64,000 bases of DNA, from NCBI RefSeq assembly GCF_018350175.1, contig NC_058368.1, positions 101,558,001 to 101,622,000 of the forward strand, given 5' to 3'. Under the pieces are notes generated by a model. It made no database searches. It was not told the DNA's origin and saw only the letters and a list, made by a program, of their open reading frames with translations. The translations under genes and the position numbers were made by a program. This stretch comes from Felis catus. Taxonomy: Eukaryota. This document shows positions 37,940-48,193 of the stretch, one piece after another (the stretch's first letter is position 1; each line of letters starts with the position of its first letter).

Positions 37940-37970
<31 letters not shown>

Positions 37971-38098
37971 CTCCCTCCCTCCCTCCCTCCCCCCCATTCC
38001 CTCTCCCTCCCTTTCTCTCTCTTTTTTCCTTGTATTTTTTTTCTTTTTCTTTTTCTTTCTTTCTTTCTTTCTTTCTTTTTTTTTTTTTTTGTGTATAG

Positions 38099-38122
38099 CT
38101 GCCAGAAAGTGTTGAACATGTG
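38099..38122 (+). CDS. CSNK1G3: CSNK1G3 alternative 24-nt microexon, changes K to NCQKVLNMW
   Basis: Acceptor gtgtatag|CT after a very long pyrimidine tract, donor TG|gtgagt; phase 2 to 2; matches a recalled longer CK1g3 isoform. Confidence 0.88.
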
Positions 38123-38315
38123 GTGAGTTTGCAAGTGTAGGCAGGCAGAAATAGCTCCCTTGACTGTCATTTCAAAGATTTTTGCTTTTTTAAAAAAACA
38201 TACCTTTCAACATAGAAATTATAATTGGTAAAAGTTGTTCAAAAACATTTGGTGTCATTTATTTGAGGTCTGAAAAGCAAGAAATAATTGTTTGAGGAGC
38301 TCTTTTGCCTGCTGC

Positions 38316-38353
<38 letters not shown>

Positions 38354-38804
38354 TTTTTGCTTTAAGTGACATAGACTTGGGGGCACTTTTTAATTGAGTA
38401 GTTGATAACACCCACTCTGCTTGTGCTTGTGCATTTGTTTTGTAACACAGAGGCTTTATTTGCTGTTTAAACAGAAGGAAGTTTGAGTTTTAAGCTCTCT
38501 CTTTTCCTGTTTGTAATTTTTAATTCCCGTAGCAGATCCCCCACCCTCACCCCTGTAGTGTCACTAAAACCATATGTCATTTACTAATTGTGTTGCCATT
38601 GAATATACATGGAATACACTGATACATTTCATGATTAACTCTAGAGAGAGAGTGTTAGGGAAGTCCTCGTCTAAATACTTCCTGCTACATGCAGATATTA
38701 TGAAAAAAAAATTCTGTTAGTTGAATTAATGTTGAATTTAAACTATCCTCTGCTTTTTTCTTTTTTCTAGTCCTAATGCCATGTTTAAAATGTTCCTCTT
38801 AGTC

Positions 38805-39500
38805 AGGGCACCTGTGTGGCTCAGTCCATTAAGCATCCCACTCTTGGTTTTGGCTCAGGTCATAGTCTCGTGGTTCATGGGTTCGAGCCCCATGTCGGGC
38901 TCTGTGCTGACAGCTCAGAGCCTGGAGCCTGCTTTGGATTCTCTGCCTCCCTCCCTCTCTGCCCCTCCCCTGCTTGCACTCACTCTCGCTCCCTCTCTCA
39001 AAAATAAATAAGCATTAAAAAAATTTTTTTTAAAGTAAATAGAATGCTCCTCTTAGGGCACCTGGGTGGCTTATTCGGTTAACTCTTTGACTCTTGGTTT
39101 CTGCCCAGGTCAAGATATCACGGCTTTATGGGTTCAAGCCCCATGTCAGACTCTGCGCTGGCAGCGGGGAGACTGCTTGGGATTCTCTCTCTCTGCCCCC
39201 CTCTCTCTGTCCCTCCCCCCACTCACGCCGTGTCTGTCTCTCTCAAAATAGATAAATAAATTGAAAAAAAAAAAAAAGATCTTGGGGCACCTGAGTGGCT
39301 CAGTCGGTTAAGTGTCCAACGTTGGCTCAGATCATGATCTCAAGTTTTGTGAGTTTGAACCTCGCCTTGGGCTCTGTGCTGACAGCTCGGAGCCTGGAGC
39401 CTGCTTCAGGTTCTGTGTCTCCCTCTCTTTCTGCCCCTCCGTTGCTTACGTGTGTGCGCGCTGTCTCTTCCTCACACAAAAATATTAAACGTTAAAAAGA
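38805..39500 (+). mobile_element. Three head-to-tail sense CanSINEs (~38805-39030, 39056-39277, 39284-39500)
   Basis: Three consecutive consensus heads and A-rich tails. Confidence 0.92.
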
Positions 39501-41624
39501 AATGTTTAAATATGTTCCTCTTAGTTTTCAGGACAAATTTTGAGTCCACCTGGGGGTAAATAAAGAAAGTTCCTTAGATTAGTAAATTTTGGAACATTCT
39601 TTTCATATCCGAGAGGAACCTTACATAAATTTCAAAACAATGCTTATTTGCTGGCTGCAAGCTCAGGAAACTTCTTTTGTGAATATTTCTTTTTCAAGAG
39701 CCGTAGTGATCAAGTATCCGTTTTTATCACTTGTGACTACGGCCCTTATTGACAGTCTGACTTATTTTAGTGGATTTGAGGGTATAATTAGCCACATACT
39801 TGGGCACTTTTACATCAAGAATCAAAACCGCAGTTGATGTTTGTGCAGACGTAAGCTCACTTACAAAAGTAGGGTGGCAATGTGTCACGGTGGGGAGCAC
39901 GTGTCCTGTGCAGGCAAGCACAGGCTGTAGAACCCTGCTTATGTCACTTACAGTTACCTTCTTGAAGCGTACTTCTCGTTCTGCAGAACGAGCCTATGAA
40001 TACCTCCTTCGTAGGCTGTTGAGGAGACGAATGGGGATAAAGCACCGCTTGTTTGTCTGGTGCGTGGAGGGGGCTCCGTAACTATCCCCACCCTATTTAT
40101 TCCTCCGCTTCCGGCTGCCAGTGACCTTCCCCATCTCTGTGTTCTCGGCTGTGTGCTTCTTCCATCAGTGTCTCATATTTTCACTTCCATACCCACCCTC
40201 TTCGCTGAGACTGGCCGTTCTGTGCACACGTCGTGCCAGACACCTGCTTTTAGCCAAACCGATGACCTTTTCCCGGTTTATTTAATCACCAGTTACACTG
40301 CTTGGATTTTAGAATATCTGAAACTGCCCTTGCCCTTAAGTCGATTGCACACCAGCAGGGAGGATTTCAGTGTATCCGCATGCGTACGTAATTTGTACGT
40401 GATAACTACCATGAAAAGGTATAAAAAACCTGTAAGGGCTTACAAAGAAAAGCCTTACTTACTGCCAGGGTGATCAGAGCACGCTTTCTGGAGGTAGCTT
40501 GGAAGAATGGCATGGTGATTTATTTCGCTGGGATGGGTGTGGGTGTATATGTTGTAGGTTTGCGTTTCTATCTGTGTAGGTGTTAGAAGATGAGAGAAAA
40601 AGCAAGTGTGGTGGGAAGGTTCTTCCTGAAGGAAGGGTCCTCCGTTGCCTGGAGATTTGAGTCCAGGTTCCTTGGCACGGTTGGCCCCAGGCCCTTCATC
40701 CCCCTCCTAGTCTGGCCTCTGCTTGTCCTGGCCAGCCCCATTCTCCATTTTGAACACTATTCTGTGGGTTCTTTCAGTCTGCTGTCGGTATATTGTTCTC
40801 TTGACCTCTCTCCAGCTTCTTGAAACTTCTTGAATTTCTTGAAAGCAAGACCTTTTTCATCTTCAGATCCCCAGTGCCTAAAACAGGATGATGAGTTATT
40901 ACTAGATAATTGCAATTACATAATGTGGCGTATCCATACAATGGACTGACCATTGTTTGCTGGCCACGTACAACACCGAAATCAGGCACGTGATGCTAAG
41001 TGAAAGAAGCCAGGCACAAAAAATACCTCAGGATTCCATTTTTGTGAAATGTCCAGTTAGGTCAATCAAGAGAGGAATCTAGTCATTGCCCAGGGCAGGG
41101 GAGAGGGGGCGGGAGTGACTGCTGATAGGTGAGGCTATGTGGTTTCTTTTGGGGGCAGTGAAAATGTTTTCAGGTTTGATTGTGGTGACGGACGCAGGGC
41201 TCTTTGAATATATTAGAAACCACTGAATTGTAAGCTTTAAAAGGGTGAGCTGTATGAGATTTGAGTTGTATCTTAATAAAGCAGTTATTAAAAAAAAAAA
41301 AAATGGATAGCAACCCATGATTTCAGTAAAGCCTTCCTGCAGATGGGCTACAGAAATCCTCTGAACTTCCCTGCCTCTTCACTGGCTGAAAACTCTTTCA
41401 CCACCTCGCATTGGTTTCCCTTTAATCAGGGTGACTGTTACACTCATACCTTCTTAGTCTGTAGTGAAGACACGAGAGTGTGTTTTTTCCTAAATTGCTC
41501 ATCACCTGTCGAGAATTCTCTTCCACACTGCGTTTCCAGCTTCCCCTCTTTCTTCTTCTCTGTGACTGACAGAGATCGCCCTCACCCCACCCTATTGATT
41601 ATAATTTATTTTACATTGGGCATT

Positions 41625-41825
41625 TTATTTATTTTTGAGTATTTATTTTGAGAGAGAGAGAGAGAGAGAGAACAGGGGAGGGGCAGAGAGAGAGAGAGAA
41701 TCTCAAGCGGGCTCTGCACTGTTAGTGTGGAAGCCAACTTGGGGCTGGAACTCACAAACGGTGAGATCATGACCTGAGCCGAAATCAGGAGTCAGACACT
41801 CAACCGACTGAGCCACCCGGTGCCT
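41625..41825 (-). mobile_element. CanSINE
   Basis: Consensus sequence. Confidence 0.85.
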
Positions 41826-44800
41826 CTGGACATTTTCGCGTCTCAAGGTTCGATACGTGATTTCCCAATGATGGAAATTACACTGTTGTCCAGCACATTA
41901 AATGGCTCCTTCGTTAGTGATGAGATTTCCCTTTCTTCACTGTATCAGAGAGTTTTTTGTTTCTTTTTCAAGTTCGGTGATACAAATGGTAGCGCCCTTA
42001 TCTTTCCCTCCAGGAATTTAGGAACACAAGGCTTCTTCTGGTTTAGTTACTGACTTTTTAAGGATTATGCCATTGTCTTGTTTCATCTCCTTTGCTGTCT
42101 TTCCCTTTTGCAACATTTGCCGAACAGTTACTGCATATTTGGTAATGTCACGATGAGGAGGAGAAGTCAAGGCCCTGCTGTTCCCTTAGAAAAGATAGCA
42201 AGTACCCAGTAACTGGCAAGTGGTAGTCCTCAGTCCTGGCTTTGAATCACAAGCGTCTGGGGAGTTTGCAGAATAGGCCAGCCCTCAGGCTGCGCTATCA
42301 GTTTCCGATTTCATTGGTCTGTGGTGGAGGTCCGGCTGGCAGTACTTTTAAAATGCTTGCAAGCTGATTCTAAGGAGCAGCCAGGATTGAGAATCATTGG
42401 CCTAATACCAGGTATTCCAGGATTGGCCTCTAGGATATGGTGTTACTGGATTGAAGAGACTGGAGTGTGCACTTCCGGCTGAGAGATCAGAGACCTCTTC
42501 CTGGGTAAGGGCACATGGGTCCCGGTTCTCGAAGATGAGTAGGTTTGGCAAAGGAGTTGGATGCAGGAGACAGGGAGAAGTGGCCGAGCAGCACGGGAGC
42601 GAGGAAAGAATGAGGCAGGTGAGAGGAGTAACCCAGGCACGTACAGAGTGTGTGAATGCATTGCAGTGGGAAGTCGTCTAAGTGCCTCATCGCAAAGGAC
42701 TTTTGTAGGCAAGTAAAAAAAAAAAAAAAAAAATAGACGTGATCGGTTCTCAAGACAGAAGAGCAAGCTGTGGGTTTTAAGCCAAGAAATGGTACCATCA
42801 GATCGAGCCTTGAGGCATTTAGTTGGGCAGCACTTTTGAGGCTTATGTCATTTCCTGGGGCTCATTACATTCTATAAAATCCGTCCGCCCTCCCTCCTTC
42901 CCTCCCTTGTGTCGTATGGGCTGCCTGGACAGGAAGCTTGATGCAAGGTGAGACCAAGAGGGGAGTGGAAATAGATCGGAACCCCATTGTAAGAGCCGTG
43001 TGGGCTTAACATCTAGACCGTGGAGAACCATGGGTGAGATAGTAAAGGCAAAGGGCAAGGGCATCCCTAGGAGACAAGTTTGGATGATACACTGGGGAGA
43101 AGAGGAGACTTAGCCTGGACGTGTGTTAAGAGGCTCTTAGCAGTGGTGGAGGCCACAGGTCCTGGAGTAAGCTGGCACGAGAGGATGGCCCAACTTTGAA
43201 AGTCATTTCAGACTTGAGGGACCGATTGCCCGCGGATGGAGAGGAAGAAGTTGAAACTGAGGGTAGATCTGTGGTTCCCAGTTAGCGTGGTTTTGTGGAT
43301 GGACTTGGGCTTCTGTCTAAACTCTTCTTGCTTAACTGGTCAGTTCGCATGTTTTCCATAAGGGATCCAGATATATGAAAGTACGTTTCATTTATAGATC
43401 TGAAGGGAGAAAATCCTTTGTCAAGGAATTAAAGATACGTGTATACTCATCGACCCCGATAAGGAGAGCCTAGGCTCCAGAGTCCTAAGTGGGACGGGTC
43501 CAGCAGGTACAACACAGTCTCGCAACCGAAGGTGGAGACAGTGAGTTACTGCTGAAGGGACAGGTAGGAACTTCAGATCCAGACAGAGCAACATGGGTCA
43601 TTTTCTGGGTAGATGTGAGAAGAAAGGATCTGATGTGGATCTCGGAAGACAGTCACATCCTAGAGGAAGCAAAGAGGCATTGAATAAAGGGGAATTGGCG
43701 GTATAATGTCCCAAGCAATGCCTTGTCCCTTGTGTTTTCCTCATAGTTGAGGACTTTGATCCGTTATGATTTCCTGTTTACTACCTAAACAGTATTTACA
43801 GCGACAACCCTCAAGTTCATCGGAAGCAGCATCTACCATTTATTTCCAAAGAATTTAAGAGTAGAGGTGTGGCTTCAACGCTTTTAGGCTAGCTCTGGAA
43901 TCATGTGAGAAGCATGAGCCTGACCTGGGAGAGCATGTTAGCTTGCTGGAACCGCGTAGGCATAACCAAGAAAGAGCCAAGAAAAAAAGAAGCATTGACA
44001 AGAACATGATTTAAATGTCTGGTAAGCTTAATCCATCTCCCCAGGGTTGTCAAGAGTGGAGATCTGAAGAGACTGCAAATGAGGTGTAGACTAATAACAT
44101 AAGAAAATAGAGCCCCTGAGCAGCCTGGACAAAAAATGGGCTTAAAAAATGTAAGGGTGTGGCCAATTTTCTAAGGCCAGCTAGTTGAATTCAGTGACCA
44201 AAAGAGCTCGCTCCCCGCATCTGTGAGAGCTTGTGTATGTGCACATTCCTGCCGTATTGGCTGTTGTTTGCAGTTACTGTTAGCAGTAACTTTTTCCTCT
44301 TTCAGCTGTACCAAGGGTTAAAATCACATGGCCTCTTTTTACACATTTGCCTGCACTCATATAAATTGATGCCTTGGTGGCCGCTCAGTGTCTCCAGCCC
44401 TCAGCCCATAGATTCTGGTCCAAGGACTCACTGGAGGTGGAGGAGCTGGAGGGGACACCTGGCAGGTACCATGTAGACAGAGCGGTGCCACTTGGGATTA
44501 GTCTCCTTGAAGAATCTGGCGCAAACCGCTTTTCCCCAGAAAAGCTTCCACAGGCACCAAAGTCTGCATTCAGTGAGATTTCACTAGGGCTGTGGGCCCC
44601 AGGTAAGAACTCTCGCTTTAGAACATGCTTTGGAATTTTGACTCGGTTCTTAGGCTAGGAGTTGCGTCTCTGAGGCAAGTCCTCCACTTTTTATTCGATA
44701 AAGATTTTGGGGGGATTTTTGTGCCCATTTGTGGGGCGTATCTGTGAGTAACCCCTTAAGAAGCTTACATTCAATGTAAGATAATAAGAAAATAAATAAG

Positions 44801-45087
44801 ATAAATTCAGATGAGTCCTGAGGGCGGGGGAGGGGGCGGGGGGGGGGGACAACGTAAAATGGTCACGTGACAGAGTGGCCACGTGGGAGCAGTGCTGTTT
44901 TAGATTGAAGGGAATTGACACGAGACCCACTTTCTTAATCACTAAGACTGTAAATCATCCGTTTTGGTAATGAGCTTTAAGAAACCAGCCACAGGTTAAA
45001 CATCAGTTTTCTTCTCAACTTCTACAACTGCAATTCTTCTTCTAGAGCATCTGGTCTATGTGGATGCATTCATAGTGCATGCAGCAA

Positions 45088-45105
45088 TGCTGCCCTCTGG
45101 TGGTA
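45088..45105 (-). promoter_or_regulatory. Candidate CTCF site
   Basis: Reverse strand reads TACCACCAGAGGGCAGCA, a close match to the CTCF core; motif evidence only. Confidence 0.55.
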
Positions 45106-46224
45106 GTGAGTTAAATAGCATGCCAGCTTCCCTGGCAAGTGTTGTTTCAACGGTGTACTCTTTACTGGTGGGATTTATTTTTAAAAAATAGATGTCTTTT
45201 TAAGATTGCTTTTTAATTTAAAAGGTCTCTACCGTTATGATTCATTTGAAAATTTTATTTAGGCTCAAGTGAATGCTTGGGCTGGTTTTCTGTGTTAAAT
45301 AATACATAATTGAAGGAAAGATTACCTAAGAAATAGGAAGAACTTAGCTGTCTGGTGAATTAGAAAGAAGATTAAATGTCACTAGGAAAACAAGTCAGAC
45401 ATGGTGAATTGCTAATAACAGAAGTGTGAGAAATATGGAACTTGTTGATCAAAATATGTATTGCTTTAAATTTCCTGCACCAAAAGGCTCGTTTAAAACA
45501 ATTTTTAAACACTTCTTAGAACACCTTTTCAGCAGAAAACTTTTAAAAGATTGTAGTTTGGCATTTGAAAAGACAAATGACAGTATTTAAGAACAGTGAA
45601 CATTATCAGAACTTTATACTAAATAAATTTCTATTGAAATGTGATCTTGTTCTTAAATTTAATATTCTAAGTCTTTGGTCTCTTCTCACTATCAATTAAA
45701 AAATTTTTTTTTACAAGATGAACATTTTATGACTCTTTTCTAAGTCCTTTATTAAGATATCTTTTTTTTTGACTAATGGTTTTCATCTCTAACACTTTTA
45801 CTTAAATAACTTTTTTTTCACTTTTTTATTTGAGAAAATGTATATGTATAACACCCATTTGAGAAAGTATTTAGGTAGCTGATAGTTACAAGACATTTTT
45901 ATAAATCCAGGAAAAATCTATTGTACCTAGAGCCTTCTTTTCTAGAGGTAGCTCTTTTCAAGACCCTTGATGGGGTAATTTATCTCTGGTTTCTCTGGTA
46001 GTCACCGCAGAGTAAAATTCATAAAGATTGATAGCTGCACATATTTCTAGTTGGATCTTTACCCACTGATATATACAGTTTTGAATTATTCACGCTTCAC
46101 GGTCTAATCATTATGTGCGGTTTGAGTGGGGTTAAAAAAACACAATCATGTAATTTGGTTTTGAATGCCCCATAGTGATTTCATAGTCACGCCATAAATC
46201 ACGATAAATGGTCTGAAATTATTA

Positions 46225-46447
46225 TTATTTTTTAAATTTTTTTTAACGTTTATTTATTTTTGAGACAGAGAGAGACAGAGCATGAACAGGGGAGAGGCAG
46301 AGAGAGAGGGAGACACAGAATCTGAAACAGGCTCCAGGCTCTGAGCTGTCAGCACAGAGCCCGACGCGGGGCTCAAACTCACGGACCATGCGATCATGAC
46401 CTGAGCCGAAGTCGGACACTTAACCGACCGAGCCACTCAGGCGCCCC
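46225..46447 (-). mobile_element. CanSINE with TSD
   Basis: TSD ggtctgaaattatt at 46210 and 46448. Confidence 0.92.
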
Positions 46448-47439
46448 GGTCTGAAATTATTTTTGACCAGCGATAATGTGGGTGGAGCAATTATGTAATT
46501 TAGCCGGACAGTATGGGTTCGTGTTTACATTTCATTCGCAGAAAGATAGAAAAGATATCCGGGAATTATTTCATCTTCCACCATAGTTTGCTGGATAGGA
46601 CACTTGAAGTTATATGGTCTCCATTATGCTTAGCTTGAAGCCATTCATGGAATATCCTTTTATGCAGGCGGGCTGCTAAGGATTACAGGAACATCTTTAT
46701 AAGGTCACATTGTGTTCCGGCTTTGAATTGGCAGTATTGTGGTAATTGAATCACCACGCATATAAATATTTCTTTAATTACAAAATAGGACTGACATACT
46801 TGTCTATGCACACACATTGGACTTCAGTGGAAAAGTGGAAGCCTCTATATGTGTTGCCTGTCCCCTTGGTATTCTGATAGGTGGACTTTGTGTTCCGTGT
46901 GGCAGAGGAAAACAGCCAGACCTTTATTTGAAGGAATGCCAGGCTTTTCGAGCACACATATGCATGTATTTTGTTGTTGTTAGTCGCTACTCGGTGTTTC
47001 CCGTTTAACTTTGACTTTGTACCACCCTCACCATTGTTCTTCACGTGTTACATGTGCTGTCTTCTCATGATGAGGAGAACTTATTGTGGGAAAAACTAGG
47101 CCTGTGAGGGGTCATCTCTAGAGTTGTTTTTTACCTAGGAATAAAAATCAGCATGCTCTTCCCTCATAGTCTACGAAACTGAGTCACCTCAATTGTGCTA
47201 TTTTAAATGTTCAGCGTAATTTTTACCTTAATTTACCTACGATGAGCTTGACCTTAACCCTTACAGAATTAAAGGAGGCAAGTCTTGACATATTTTATTT
47301 TCTCACTTCCAGTTTGTAAGTGTGGTGGAAAATGTTTGTTGAAGAGTGTATTTGGTATTCCTCTTCTTTCTTTTGGAATCTAAACTAATTCTTGCTGGAA
47401 ATAAAATCCTCACTCTTAGGATCATTATTGGTTTTCTTT

Positions 47440-47470
47440 TTTTTTTTTTTCCTTTTCTGTTTATTTATTC

Positions 47471-47515
<45 letters not shown>

Positions 47516-47655
47516 TATAATTTATTGCCAGATTGGGTACAGTGCATACCGTGTGCTCCTGGTTTTGGGGGTAGATTCCCCTGATTCATCGCTCACATAC
47601 GACCCCCCAGTGCTCGTCCCCACAAGTGCCCTCCTCAATGCCCGCCAACCCCTTA
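47440..47655 (-). mobile_element. Short 5'-truncated carnivore L1 3' end with (TTTA)n tail
   Basis: 'cccagtgctcgtccccacaagtgccctcctcaatgccc' is typical of carnivore L1 termini. Confidence 0.75.
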
Positions 47656-48138
47656 TTCCTTTTCTAATTCTAACTCTAGTTCTGACACACCTTACGCATT
47701 CCGTCTCTTTCTTCCTGGTCTTAACAATCAGATATAAATATCAGGAAGAAAGGGAGAGAGTGCATAAGGTGAATTTTATAAAAGCACGCCATTGCCAGAG
47801 GTTAATGAGTATTCAGAATAGAATGCAGCGGGGTCAGCGAGGATTCACAGTCCCGTGGCTTCGCAGTTAGGCTTGGTGCAAAGCCTTTTCAATTTAGTGG
47901 CTCCTTTTGATGTTGCATAGAACGTCTTGCTATGTTCCTAAAAGGCACGTTGATGACAAACTACTGATCACTCTGCCGTAGTCTCACTAATCTGTTTGCT
48001 TCCTTGGCATGTTCACCGTGTATCTTGCATTAGCGTGTTGCTTTCTATGACCATTGAAATTAATAGGCTAAATTCTGCCTTTCCTTGGCGACCTTTTAGT
48101 ACTTTCATAATAAAAGAAGTGTTTCCCTCCGCCCACAG

Positions 48139-48193
48139 GTGCTGCTGTTTTTTCAAACGAAGGAAAAGGAAAACCATACAGCGCCACAAATGA
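48139..48193 (+). CDS. CSNK1G3: CSNK1G3 last coding exon: (K)CCCFFKRRKRKTIQRHK*
   Basis: Acceptor cccacag|G, TGA at 48191-48193; Cys cluster plus basic stretch typical of palmitoylated CK1 gamma. Confidence 0.96.
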
